Assembly (NCBI GenBank): GCA_951406725.2
Contig: OX597838.1
Coordinates: forward strand, 248,001-312,000
Source of the DNA: Octopus vulgaris
Lineage: Eukaryota
Length of the DNA stretch: 64,000 bases
Direction: 5' to 3'
A model generated the notes under the pieces. It was not told the origin of the DNA. It worked only from the letters and a program-made list of their open reading frames with translations, and ran no database searches. Made by a program: the position numbers and the translations under genes. Below are positions 1 to 13,400 of this stretch, in pieces (position 1 is the first letter of the stretch; every line of letters starts with the position of its first letter).

Positions 1-32
1 TTAATAAGAAATGAATATCGGAAATTACTTAC

Positions 33-151
33 CTTGTAACGTGTTGATATTAACATTTGAGCTTTTCTTTGCTACGGCTACAGCGAAGTAACCTGCTCCA
101 ATAGGTAAACCACTATAAGTTTCTGCTACAATGGGTTTTAGATTATAGCAC
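33..151 (-). CDS. Transferrin/melanotransferrin-family gene, coding exon 3 (gene continues beyond the window start)
   Basis: TTTCTCTAG acceptor and G|GTAAGT donor, with phase 2 matching exon 2. Reads CYNLKPIVAETYSGLPIGAGYFAVAVAKKSSNVNINTLQ(G), matching the transferrin motif LKPVVAE.Y......YYAVAV.KK. Confidence 0.93.
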
Positions 152-499
152 CTAGAGAAACCAATATTTAAATAATGAGGAAGATTATCTGATATCACTA
201 ACTTAATATTACTAAATTCGTTTCTGGTTCTGCTTTATATTTATATATTTCGATTGATATACTTTCCGATCGTCTTCTGATGCTCTACATTTATACACAT
301 AATACACACACACGCACACGTACACGCACACGTACACGCACACACACACACACGCACTCTCACGCACATACAAGCAAATATTCATTCATGCATAATGACG
401 GCCATTTTGTGTTGCAGTCTCCACTATGTTATGTGTGTGTGCGTGCGCGCGCGCGCGCGTGTGTGTGTGTATACTACCAGACAGATAATGGCTATTTTG

Positions 500-980
500 C
501 TCTTCCTGGCTTTTATCCTCCCTTCTATCGTGTCAATCCCATACTGTCCTGGTGTGCATCAACGATGCAGTTCCACCTTCCCACAGCTCCTAAAGAATAA
601 GTCGTTCCTAAGAAGGACTACAACTGCCTAAAGAATCCAGCCGCTCCGCCCCTGTCGAAGTGTAGACGCTTACTTGTTTAAAGATATGTCTATCGCTGCC
701 GGTCCCCACCGACTCACTCTCTGAATCCAGGAAGATGGTTCGTAATGCGAGATCCAGACCTTTCCTCAACAGCAGTGATTCAGTCATCTGAACCCAGTCG
801 ATCAGGGGATAAACCCGTAGCCGTTGAAGAGGAGTACGAAGTCTCGTGCTTCGGAAATCTTGATTTCGGTGATGGCCATTATATCGTTGCCTAGATACCT
901 GAGGTCGCCGAGTAAATGACTTTACTTGCGAAGCGGCCCCAGACCCTATGCATTCACTCCATTTTGAATAAGACCATGTT
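500..980 (-). mobile_element. Degenerate L1/Tx1-like APE endonuclease fragment (transferrin intron 2)
   Basis: Minus-strand reading with stops and frameshifts: VNA*GLGPLRK..LLGDLRYLGNDIMAITEIK ... IFLDSE ... VSVYT ... WNCIVDAHQD, resembling the NVRGL / DI..IQET / N.YAP / GDWN motifs. Confidence 0.6.
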
Positions 981-1689
981 GGACGAAAGGGGAGGAGTGA
1001 GAAGGACCACTTGCTTTATTCCTATGAAAAGACAGACGATCCGTCATCAGGTAAGAGAGCCATCACCTACCACCACCACCAGCCCCAACATATTTCTTTT
1101 AACACATCTACTGCCCTTACCTCCGCAACGTGTATGATGAAAGAAGGATCAACAACTCATTTCTAAGTGACGCTGGGGAGTGCCTCGTTGATCCCAATCC
1201 AAATATCAAGTGTTTGACAAATTGTTTGCCTCGCATGACGACAGCTTTTACTTCTACACTAGCCCCAAACACCTTTCCGAAAGCTCTACGGCTAGTCTTC
1301 CAATGCGCCGGCTTTTCACGTTGATGTAAGTCACTATACATCGATTTGTTTAGTCGATAACATAATCGCTTGCTTCACTTTTCTCTCTCTTTGAATACTG
1401 ATTTTCTTTTTTAATAATTTCTGTCAACAGCCCCAGTCTTTCTGTGACTCGAACTGTGTTTTCCAAAAGATCCGGTTGCTTAACTCTCTGCCTATACTTT
1501 TTGTTGTTTATGGTGTTGTTACAGTTACAGGAGTCTAGGCACCCTAATCAGCTAAGAATGTTATGGTAACCATGTAATCCGTACCCTGCAGTTATGGTCG
1601 GACTAAGAACGTAAAGACAGACGAAATCCTGCTAAGCACTTTGCCTGGGGTGCTAACGATTCTGCCAGCTCGCTACCTTTTGATAACAA

Positions 1690-2140
1690 CGGCAACAAGC
1701 ACCACCCTGAGGTTGTAACTGAGCGAGAAAATGTTAAGATTCTTTGGGACTTTCCAGTATGTACAGACCGGACCATCAAACCAGATATTGTTGTGAAAGA
1801 CCAAAACAATGAAGTCTGCTCATTGATTGACTCGAGCAGAACCTGTGATCATAACATCTCGGCAAAAGAATTCGATAAGCTCAGAAAATATGAAGATTTG
1901 GTAATCGAAATCGTAAAGACGGCTACAATACCAGTGATTGTAAGAGCACTTGGAATGATCAAAAATGGAACTGAAAATCATTTGAGGATGATCCCTGGCT
2001 TACCATCCATACAGGAAGTACAAAAGATTGTTTTATCTGATACTTCACAAGTACGGAGAAGAGCAATACTGCTGGAAATTTTCTTTCCTTTATTTCTTTC
2101 CCCTTTGTTTTCTTTGTTTTTTTATTTTTTTCTATCTTTA

Positions 2141-2209
<69 letters not shown>

Positions 2210-2350
2210 ACCCTTTTTTCTATCACCTAACTTTGTAAATGAACAATCTGATGTGTTTATTCTAATGGCCTACCAATGCACACCGTGAGTTTCTTTGCCT
2301 TAGGTATCAGGAAGACACTCGGCAAAAAATGGAAACAGAATTTAAAGAAG
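1690..2350 (+). mobile_element. 3' fragment of an RLE-type non-LTR retrotransposon (R4/Dong-like)
   Basis: ENVKILWDFPVCTDRTIKPDIVVKD...LID...KEFDKLRKYEDL...IPVIVRALG is the PD-(D/E)xK restriction-like endonuclease C-terminus. The element ends in an (ATA)n run, the known Dong/R4 target type. Confidence 0.8.
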
Positions 2351-2410
2351 ATAATAATAATGATAATAACAACAACAATGATAAATAAATAAATTAATTA
2401 ATAAACTTAC

Positions 2411-2585
2411 TTGCCGGCTTTGTAAATGTTTCCTCCGTCAAGACTCGTTATATCAGCCAAATTCTTAGCGATTTTTTCCAGGCAATCGCTAGCACTGGAG
2501 CCTTTCACACATGTAATGTTCTGGAATGTTTTACATTTCTGCCTTTCTTTCTCTGAAGTCACACAAAGTCTTGGTTCACTGGCTT
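2411..2585 (-). CDS. Transferrin/melanotransferrin-family gene, coding exon 2 (start of N-lobe)
   Basis: TTCCAG acceptor and GTAAG donor. Reads (E)ASEPRLCVTSEKERQKCKTFQNITCVKGSSASDCLEKIAKNLADITSLDGGNIYKAG(K), matching the transferrin pattern C..S..E..KC...CV......C...IA...AD..LDGG.IY.AG, including the iron-ligand Asp in LDGG. Confidence 0.93.
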
Positions 2586-3489
2586 CTGGAATATGGAAGT
2601 GGAAGATAGTCAATCTCTCATACACAAACTCACACACATATGTATGTATGTATGTATGTGTATACAGGTTATAAAAATACAAGTTATTAAAACCAACGCA
2701 AGTCGATGGGGTTTTTTTACTTGATATTTCAATATTTCAGGGTCAGGATTTGTTCTTCAGAAATTGTCTTGTTAACTGACAGAAAAATCATCGTGAGTTC
2801 CCGATTAGTGACAGGCGAAACAGGATATATTCTGTCGAACTAACGATAATGAATTAGACATTTTTATGCACTCTCAGATGAGTTCTTTATTATAAGTAGC
2901 CGGAAACAGCTTCTTTTTGAACTTGTCAATCCCTTAATAGGCACCGAATACTTAAGAGGTTCGCTTCATAGCTACGACGTTCTGGATTCGATCTCAATGC
3001 ATGGCAATTTGGGTCTGTGTCATTTTCTAAAGACTCAAATTTACCAATATCTTATAAGAAGAACTGGGTTGGCGAAAACTGTACAGAAGCCAATTGAATG
3101 GATTGTTCTAGTAATTTAAGGATCCAGTGTTGTCACATCGAATGTTGAGGCAGGTTCTTCCTGGGAATCAATCTAACAATACATGTTAAGTTTACCCAAC
3201 AACTGAATCCTCGTAGTCACACGACGAAGATCCATTATCATTGTCGTCATATATATATTCGTACGTATGTATATTCTGTGTGTATAGATGTTTATATATA
3301 TATATATATATATTCTGTTGTGTCCGTGGAGAGTCATTTTCTTTTTGTGCCTCATAATATAACACACTCACCGGTAACATTTCCACTAATTCCTTATTTT
3401 TATTTGCCTAAAATTTTCGTTGCGTCTTGTAACCTTTTCAATAGTCTTGACTCTGTCCGTTATTTACACTGCTTTCCTTTTTGTTTGTG

Positions 3490-4500
3490 CGCTTGTGTGT
3501 GGGTCAGTTCACCTGCTGATCTTATGATTCCAGAAGAGGTCATCAGAGATGGTAGAGCCGAGGTAGGGGAATTCATGAATTACCTCCAGCTTGTAGTTGT
3601 TGATGGCGATGGTGGAAGGTGGGTACTTGACACCCTGACCTAGTATGTTGGTCCCCTTCAGACTGATAGGCTGAATTCCTGACGGGTTTTTGAGAGTTTG
3701 TCCACGAGGTGCTGCATTTGTCCCCCATAATGCACTGTCAGTGCTGTGTCGTCCGCCAACAGCATTTCTCTGATGACTACCTGACGAACCCTGGATTTTG
3801 CTTTCAGCCTCGACAGGCTAAAGAGTTTACCGTCGGATCTGAAGTGAAGGTAGACACCATCCGTTGATGTTCCAAATGAGTGCTTCAGCATGACTGTGAA
3901 GAAGCTGCCGAATAGGATGGGAGCAAGCACACAGCCCAGCTTTACGCCGCTACACATGCCTCTGAAGAAGAACCATCGAATTGAACGATGCCTTTCAGAT
4001 ATGCGTGAAACGATTGGACATTCCTGGTGAGTCTTGGAGAACACTCAATATTGGCAAGGATTTTGAACAGGCCATCTCTACTGACTCGGTCAAAGACCTT
4101 TGTGAGGTCGATGAAAGTGATCAAGAGTGGCTGTATTTGCTCTCGACATTTCTGTAACTGTCGAAGAGAGAAGATCCTGTTGATGGTAGTGTTCTGATCT
4201 GAAGCTACACTGAGATTCGGGGTATACCCTCGCAGCAATTTTCTATAGTCTGTTTAGGACTATGCGGGCCAAGACCTCCCCTGTGATGCTTAACAGCGAG
4301 ATGTCTCGGTAGTTATTGTAGTCGCTTCTGTCCTCTTTGTTCTTATATAGGGTGACAATTTTGCAATATCTCATGTTTTGCGGGACTGTTCTTCACTCCC
4401 AGCACTGACACATTAGCTTCAACAAGTGGCGATGTAGAACTCTCCTTGCGCACCTGATGATCTCTAGTAGAATACCGTCCAAACCCGGTGCTCTTCCAGT
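3490..4500 (-). mobile_element. RTE-clade LINE reverse-transcriptase fragment
   Basis: GRAPGLDGI, IFSLRQLQ.KCREQ..PL.ITFIDLTKVFDRVSR, GVKLGCVLAPILF and MLLADDTAL motifs, with frameshifts. Confidence 0.9.
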
Positions 4501-4942
4501 GGGAAATACAAAAATGAAGATATTTTTTAGAACGCAGAGTTGCATTTTGGACAGCAAAAATACTGGGAAAATTACCCTTACAAGGCGGGAAATTTTGTCA
4601 GCAATCAACCATGGGACTCGAACACATATGCATCGAAGACTCGGGTTGATTGCCTTACCATTAAGCTAAAGTGCCTAACTTCAGCCCCCGAATTAGACGC
4701 TAAGCAGTATAGTTTTTTATAGAACAACCATACAGCCCGAGGCCATGTTGGTGCACGACCTTGAAGAACTTGAAGACCTCAGGACTTATTTTTTAAAGTC
4801 TGGTACTTATTCTATCAGTCTTTTTGCCGAACCGCTAAGTTTCGGGAACATAAACACCAGCGCTGGTTGTCAAGCGGCAAGGAAGATGGACAACCCAGAC
4901 ACAGAGATACACATACATATACACACATGGATACACACACAC

Positions 4943-4982
<40 letters not shown>

Positions 4983-5119
4983 CATATATATTCGACGGAC
5001 TTCTTTCATTTTCCGTCTACCAAATCCACTTACAAGGCTTTGGTCGGGCCGGAGTTGTAGTAGGAGATACTTGCCCAAGGTGCCATGCTGTTGGGAAGCA
5101 AGCTTCTTATCACACAGCC

Positions 5120-5157
5120 TTATATGTGTGCGTGCGTGCATGTGTTTATATTTGCGT

Positions 5158-5206
<49 letters not shown>

Positions 5207-5226
5207 CTTGTGCGTTCGTGTGTGAG

Positions 5227-5276
<50 letters not shown>

Positions 5277-5298
5277 TGCGTGTGCGTTCGTGTGTGAG

Positions 5299-5358
<60 letters not shown>

Positions 5359-5402
5359 CGTGCGTGTGCATTCGTGTGTGAGTGTTTGTGTGTGTGTGTG
5401 TT
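5120..5402. repeat. Compound (GT)n microsatellite with a repeated higher-order interruption
   Basis: (GT)n blocks separated three times by GCGCG..TGCGTTCGTGTGTGAGTGTTT-like spacers. Confidence 0.95.
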
Positions 5403-6172
5403 GCATAAATGTTAATGCTAAATAAACTTTAACCTTTTCAGATTAAAAAATCGAATCGGAATCGTTGGGGTCATCTTGAAAATGGTGGTGCCGTTGTAGA
5501 TTTATTGGAGAAAGGGTGTTTGATGTGCAGGAGGACAAAGGGTTTGGCTCTTTAGGTCATTAGTTCTCCCTGTTCTGATTAATATTGGTAAGACTTGAAC
5601 ACTGTCCGGGGCCCTTAGTATCCGCCTCAACCTCTTTGCTACCAGGTTACTTCGCTGGATTATGGCTTAGCATTGGTCTAATTTCGTATCCAGTCAACAA
5701 CTCTGCAGAGAAACTGGGATGCGTCCTGTTTCTTGTATGATTCTGGAGCGCCTACTCCGACGGTTTGGTCATGCTGCTTGACTTCTCGAATTAAACCCTG
5801 CTAACCGTTTTCTCCTCATTGAGGATCCGGCTGGGTTGACGGCTCATTTTGGTCGACCACGTACCACATGTTAGATGAGAAAGTAGCTCTCAGAGTTGGG
5901 TTCTGACAGCTAATTTCAGGCCCTTGCAATTTTTTTCTTTTTTAAGAAAGGATACAATGCGTTTATTGTATGTATAACTGGTAGAGAAGACAGTAATTAT
6001 CAATTCAGGTAACTGAAAAATAAGACTGAAGCCAGGGGGTCTTGAAAATGTTGAGGGTCACAACTTTTGATCCTTCTCTCTGCTGTTTCTACCAAATTGT
6101 TACCATCCAATGCAAAAAAAAAATAATAATAAGGAATATGAATGACTAAAATAAAGAATCAAATATACTTAC

Positions 6173-6230
6173 CTGCAAATGAGGCCAGTATTATTAGCAG
6201 CAGGAGTTGGAATGGGCCAGAAGATGCCAT
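6173..6230 (-). CDS. Transferrin/melanotransferrin-family gene, coding exon 1 (signal peptide)
   Basis: ATG at 6230 reads MASSGPFQLLLLIILASFA, a hydrophobic signal peptide. It ends in a phase-1 CAG|GTAAGT donor, has TATAAAA about 80 nt upstream, and its phase matches exon 2. Confidence 0.85.
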
Positions 6231-6310
6231 TGTTCTTGTGATTCTCGGTTGATTCAGTCACTTGTTTCGCCGCCGGGTTTAAGTGCCAACCAAGCTCTCG
6301 CTCTCGCTGC

Positions 6311-6317
6311 TTTTATA
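6311..6317 (-). promoter_or_regulatory. TATA box of the transferrin-family gene
   Basis: GTATAAAAGC on the minus strand about 80 nt upstream of the ATG, in a locally CpG-containing stretch. Confidence 0.65.
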
Positions 6318-6411
6318 CTTTCAAGCTGCCCTTGTCAGCCACAACCACCCAACTACACGACACTGATGGCGTGAAAGGTTCCCCAAACATATCGCTTTGT
6401 CTCATTCGTTT

Positions 6412-6463
<52 letters not shown>

Positions 6464-6607
6464 TCTCTCGGTATTTCAACGGATTATTTTTCTCCTATTG
6501 TTCTCGATGCTATTTTTATTGTTATAGTTCATTGTTGTTGTTGTTGATGATGATGATAGAGCGACGGGCTGAAATAGCAACATGACTTAATTGTAACTTC
6601 ACTTGAT

Positions 6608-6673
<66 letters not shown>

Positions 6674-7314
6674 TTGTTGTTGTTGTTGTTGTTTTTGTTG
6701 ATGTTGTTATAGTTGACAAAGCAATGTTTTATGTCCGTATCTTTAATGTAGTGAGGTGAGAGGTGATACTGGCGGCGGCGGCGGCGGCGATGGTGGTGGT
6801 GATGTTTATGGTGATGGTGGGAGTGGGGAATAGTGAAGATGATGGTGGTGGTGGTGGTGGTGGTGGTGGTGGTGGTGGAGCTGAATAATCCGGAAAGTCC
6901 AAGCGAATTACCAGATCCGGGTTGTCATTTAATTCTTATTGTCTACACAATAGAAATAGCGAAACACGTCAACCGACTAGCCCCACCCCCCATCCCTGCC
7001 CCCCATTTAATCTCTCCCCACCCTCTACATCCCACTCGCCACATTAACGAGATTAAACAACAACAAACAAACAAACCAGTGAATGATCACTTGACCTGCT
7101 AGAAATGGCAGTCATATCTCTCTCAGTTCAAACACCGTCGTGTTAGAAAAGACCACGGAAGTTAATATAGTTTCGGATTCTTTGCAGGTAGGAAAAAGAC
7201 GTGATGGTCATGAGTGGAATGTCTTTGATCATACCCCTACAGGATAAAGGATAGCCTTGGGCTAAACAACACTACATTGCTATCAACAACAACCAAGTGA
7301 ATGTACACAATCAC

Positions 7315-7332
7315 TTATACATATACATATAC

Positions 7333-7363
<31 letters not shown>

Positions 7364-7722
7364 CACACACGCACACACACACATACATACATACATACAT
7401 ACACATACGCATATGCGCACACACACATACATACAGGCAAAAACAGGTATGCACATACATACACATACGTACACACACAGAGATACACAAACACACATAC
7501 AGGGGTACATCTATATGCACATATACATACATACATTCACATACACATACATATAAACATACACAGCTACCCATATGTACAAATATACATACACATATGC
7601 ACACGCAGAAACACTCTCACACGCACATTACATGCACATACGCTAACACACCCATACATATACACACATATATATACGTGCATACACAGATACACACACA
7701 TATACACTCACACACACATACA
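7315..7722. repeat. Degenerate (CA)/(CATA)n microsatellite field
   Basis: Directly visible; it produces spurious H/T/Y/I-rich ORFs. Confidence 0.95.
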
Positions 7723-8192
7723 TTTCAAATTGTTTACATATATCTGAATTTATTAAAAACATGTCGGAGATGAGTACGTCTCTCCTCCCACTGCTGTCAC
7801 TTAACTGGACAGGGTTATGTGACAGGCCCGCTATAATGGCTTCAATCTTTTATATTTAATACAATAAAAATAAGAGAAACTGTTTTACTATTACAATATT
7901 AATATAAAAGCTGAGAAAAAAGTTACAAAATTTGCAATAGAGAAAAACGGTCAATCAGATGAACCCTAGTCTGCTACTGGTTGTGTATGTGTGAGGGGGC
8001 ATGCGCTTATGTGTGTCTGTCTGTGTATGAATACCAGTATATAGCTGGTACTTATTTTATCAATCCCTGGATGAAAGTCAACCACAGTAGGATTTTAACC
8101 TCAAACAAAAGCAAAACATTTCAAAGCGTTTAGCGAAACACTAATAACCTGTGGTGGTGGTGGTGGTGGTGGTGGTGGTGGTGGTGGTGGTG

Positions 8193-8255
<63 letters not shown>

Positions 8256-8489
8256 AAGGGTGTTAGAAAGGCATTGACTGAACAGGATATTAGAAAAACA
8301 AGTTGTAATTTGAATATTCAATAAAAGCAGTTGAAGAGAAGGAAAGAAAAGAGGAGGGGCGGGAAAAAAGCAAACAGAGTCAACAAATAACAGAGTCCTC
8401 TCGAAAGAGGAAGAGGTACAACTAGGACCAATCAGGAATCCTCACAGATTAAATATCAACCAATCTTCTGCTTGTTGGTTCGGTCTCTA

Positions 8490-9230
8490 ATTTACTCAGA
8501 GCAGCTCCATCCACTGAAACCATTTGCGCCTCAGTCACCCGTCTTTTGATAAATTCCTGGAAGACACTTCCGTCTTCGCCTCATCTTCTTTTCAGATGGA
8601 GCTTGGAAAATAGATGAAGTCTTGGCTGAAGAGAAAATTGTTTCTCCTTTGTCCTTTCATTCTGGTCTACCACATAACCTCTTTCGCCATCGCCACCGAC
8701 GGACAAAAACTTCTTTCCCTCTCTTACTAAAGGAGGTTGGAGGGATGATCTTCGCGAATTTGGTTACAGCCGGATCCACCCTACACATGGCAATAGTTAT
8801 TCGATGTCACTCCACAAGTTAGTAATAATCGGTCACTGCTTCTGTGCATGCAGAGAGAGTTCGTAGATCTGTATGCATCTAGAGCAGTCCCGTTTAACAA
8901 GACTTTCGTGTTTGTCTGGAAAGGTAAAACCTTCGGTAGCATTTCCAAATTAAGGAGTTCTATAGAAATTATCCATGGTAGTCCCCGACACGAGAGTCCT
9001 CCGCAACAAAAGTGCCAGTCCGTCGTTGTCGATGCGTAGAATTTCTCCGAGTGCATCGTCGCTCCTTCTCTGCAGAACTTCCAACGATTGCGTTGAGGGA
9101 AGATCAGGATATGCAGGGTGCCCAATTGTAGTTTTCTCTTGACTCCAGACGACAGCTCCACCAAAGAGGCCAGATGCAGAACATAGGCACAAGACGCGGA
9201 ATTTATGGAGGAGAAGAGATGAGTCGACTC
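8490..9230 (-). mobile_element. Probable degenerate L1/Tx1-like ORF2 C-terminal fragment
   Basis: GC-richer than its flanks, with a broken reading ending VFQEFIKRRVTEAQMVSVDGAAL. The family call is by resemblance only. Confidence 0.4.
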
Positions 9231-10418
9231 CATCGGCTCCCCTACTTGATTAGGGCTTTATTTTATTGACTGCCAGAACAAAGGCAAAGCTGTATTCGGT
9301 GGAATTTCAACTCAGGACGTTAGGAGTTAAAATGAATACGGCAAGGTATTTGATGAGGGGGAGGAAGAGGGGGGAGAAGAAGAGGGGGAGGAGGAAGGGG
9401 AGTTATTGAAGATGGACACACTGTCGTTGTTCACCACCTCTTTGAAGGATAGTTTTCTCTAAATTCATCTGTGGGTAACAATCAGTACTCTATTCATAAC
9501 TTCAACTCCATGCGTATCGAGTTAGATGTCCGGACAGGACCAGAACCCAGGCCATCTGGATAGGCACTTCTTCCTCAACTCAGTCACTTCTTCCCTCAAC
9601 GCGCTTCTAGAAAGCCACACACACCTGTCTGGAATCGAGTAGTATGCACTTGTCCCGGTTCATCAGGGCCCGGATTGTGTTTTTCTTCTAACGTCGTGCC
9701 TCCACAAACGCAAACCCTTCGAACACTTTTCGTTTCCTCGTGTTATAGAGGAAACTTTAACACTTTAACACTTAAAATGCAATCATCATGTTTCACGTCG
9801 AAGGAAATAGTTGAGAGCCATTTTCGGCATTTTCTAGTTGATTCGTCTAATTTTCTCCCTATTTCTTCTTTCTAATCATTTACTTTCGGTCGCTAGTTCT
9901 TTGGTGAATTGATTTCCTTCTAATGACCATCTTCAGAACGCTACATTTTCTCCATCAGCTGCCACGTAACTATTTCCCTATCCGCTTCCTGAATGCTTTG
10001 TACGATGAGAAAGGCGCAGAGACATATACCCAAAAATCGGGACCCGGCTTCTATGTTCTACTTAAGTGGGCTTGTGTAGCCGATAGGCTGAAATTGCGGT
10101 CACTCTGCATTATCCTTGTTCATTGACCTTAAAAAACATACACTTTCTAGCTATTACTTCAAAGCTGCAATGCGTTTTTTTCATGTCCACATTGGTAAAT
10201 TTGGGAAATCCAGTTCATACTTCAGAACAGTTGAAGCTGTCTGAGAAGGTTTACGTGACTTTCACAACCCCTTTCATATCGACTACTCCCACACAATCCC
10301 AGCATGCGCCTAAGATGCCATTTCAGTCTTCTACCATTACTAAAGAATGAGACATTCCCAAGAAAGCATCTAAACGCATGAAGACGATCAGTTTTCATGC
10401 TAAAGTTATTCCTGAAAT

Positions 10419-13400
10419 CCCCTGACATTTTGCCATCCTACCACTGACCACCTTATGTCATCATATTCAACTCCCCTGACATTTTGCCATCCTACCACTG
10501 ACCAGCTTATATCCTCATATTCAACTCCACTGACATTTTGCCATCCTACCACTGACCAGCTTATATCCTCATATTCAACTCCCCTGACATTTTGCAATCC
10601 TACCACTGACCAGCTTATATCCTCATATTCAACTCTCCTGACATTTTGCAATCCTACCACTGACCAGCTTATATCCTCATATTCAACTCTCCTGACATTG
10701 TGCCATCCTACCACTGACCAGCTTATATCCTCATATTCAACTCCCCTGACATTTTGCCATCCTACCACTGACCAGCTTATATCCTCATATTCAACTCCCC
10801 TGACATTTTGCAATCCTACCACTGACCAGCTTATATCCTCATATTCAACTCCCCTGACATTTTGCCATCCTACCACTGACCAGCTTATATCCTCATATTC
10901 AACTCCCCTGACATTTTGCCATCCTACCACTGACCAGCTTATATCCTCATATTCAACTCCCCTGACATTTTGCCATCCTACCACTGACCAGCTTATATCC
11001 TCATATTCAACTCCCCTGACATTTTGCAATCCTAATACTGACCAGCTTATATCCTCATATTCAACTCCCCTGACATTTTGCAATCCTAGCACTGACCAGC
11101 GTATATCCTCATATTCAACTCTCCTGACATTTTGCAATCCTACCACTGACCAGCTTATATCCTCATATTCAACTCTCCTGACATTTTGCCATCCTACCAC
11201 TGACCAGCTTATATCCTCATATTCAACTCCCCTGACATTTTGCCATCCTACCACTGACCAGCTTATATCCTCATATTCAACTCCCCTGACATTTTGCCAT
11301 CCTACCACTGACCAGCTTATATCCTCAGATTCAACTCCCCTGACATTTTGCAATCCTACCACTGACCAGCTTATACCCTCGTATTCAACTCCCCTGACAT
11401 TTTGCCATCCTACCACTGACCAGCTTATATCATCATATTCAACTCCCCTAACATTTTGCCATCCTACCACTGACCAGCTTATATCCTCATATTCAACTCT
11501 CCTGACATTTTGCCATCCTACCACTGACCAGCTTATATCCTCATATTCAACTCCCCTGACATTTTGCCATCCTACCACTGACCAGCTTATATCCTCATAT
11601 TCAACTCCCCTGACATTTTGCCATCCTACCACTGACCAGCTTATATCCTCATATTCAACTGCCCTGACATTTTGCAATCCGACCACTGACCAGCTTATAC
11701 CCTCATATTCAACTCCCCTGACATTTTGCCATCCTACCACTGACCAGCTTATATCATCATATTCAACTCCCTGACATTTTGCCATCCTACCACTGACCAG
11801 CTTATATCCTCATATTCAACTCCCCTGACATTTTGCCTTCCTACCACTGACCAGCTTATATCCTCATATTCAACTCCCCTGACATTTTGCCATCCTACCA
11901 CTGACCAGCTTATATCCTCATATTCAACTCCCCTGACATTTTGCCATCCTACCACTGACCAGCTTATATCCTCATATTCAACTCCCCTGACATTTTGAAA
12001 TCCTACCACTGACCAGCTTATATCCTCATATTCAACTCCCCTGATATTTTGCAATCCTACCACCTACCAGCTTATATCCTCATATTCAACTCCCCTGACA
12101 TTTTGCAATCCTACCACTGACCAGCTTATATCCTCATATTCAACTCCCCTGACATTTTGCAATCCTACCACTGACCAGCTTATATCCTCATATTCAACTC
12201 CCCTGACATTTTGAAATCCTACCACTGACCAGCTTATATCCTCATATTCAACTCCCCTGATATTTTGCAATCCTACCACCTACCAGCTTATATCCTCACA
12301 TTCAACTCCCCTGACATTTTGCCATCCTACCACTGACCAGCTTATATCCTCATATTCAACTCCCCTGACATTTTGCAATCCTAATACTGACCAGCTTATA
12401 TCCTCATATTCAACTCCCCTGACATTTTGCAATCCTACCACTGACCAGCGTATATCCTCATATTCAACTCCCCTGACATTTTGCAATCCTAACACTGACC
12501 AGCTTATATCCTCATATTCAACTCTCCTGACATTTTGCCATCCTACCACTGACCAGCTTATATCCTCATATTCAACTCCCCTGACATTTTGCCATCCTAC
12601 CACTGACCAGCTTATATCCTCATATTCAACTCCCCTGACATTTTGCCATCCTACCACTGACCAGCTTATATCCTCAGATTCAACTCCCCTGACATTTTGC
12701 AATCCTACCACTGACCAGCTTATACCCTCAGATTCAACTCCCCTGACATTTTGCCATCCTACCACTGACCAGCTTATATCATCATATTCAACTCCCCTGA
12801 CATTTTGCCATCCTACCACTGACCAGCTTATATCCTCATATTCAACTCCCCTGACATTTTGCCATCCTACCACTGACCAGCTTATATCCTCAGATTCAAC
12901 TGCCCTGACATTTTGCAATCCTACCACTGACCAGCTTATACCCTCATATTCAACACCCCTGACATTTTGCCATCCTACCACTGACCAGCTTATATCATCA
13001 TATTCAACTCCCTTAACATTTTGCCATCCTACCACTGACCAGCTTATATCCTCATATTCAACTCCCCTGACATTTTGCCATCCCACCACTGACCAGCTTA
13101 TATCCTCATATTCAACTCCCCTGACATTTTGCCATCCTACCACTGACCAGCTTATATCCTCATATTCAACTCCCCTGACATTTTGCAATCCTACCACTGA
13201 CCAGCTTATGTCCTCATATTCAACTCCGCTGACATTTTGCCATCCTACCACTGACCAGCTTATACCCTCATATTCAACTCCCCTGACATTTTGCCATCCT
13301 ACCACTGACCAGCTTATATCATCATATTCAACTCCCCTGACATTTTGCAATCCTACCACTGACCAGCTTATATCCTCATATTCAACTCCCCTGACATTTT

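Noticed and set aside
6231-6290. Iron-responsive element in the transferrin 5' UTR; NF-kB site at 6372-6385
   Set aside because: There is no CAGUGN loop with a bulged C. GGGGAACCTTTC only partly matches the kB consensus.
9900-10418. Coding remnant flanking the minisatellite
   Set aside because: Stops occur in all frames and no motif is recognisable; it needs a TBLASTX/Dfam search.
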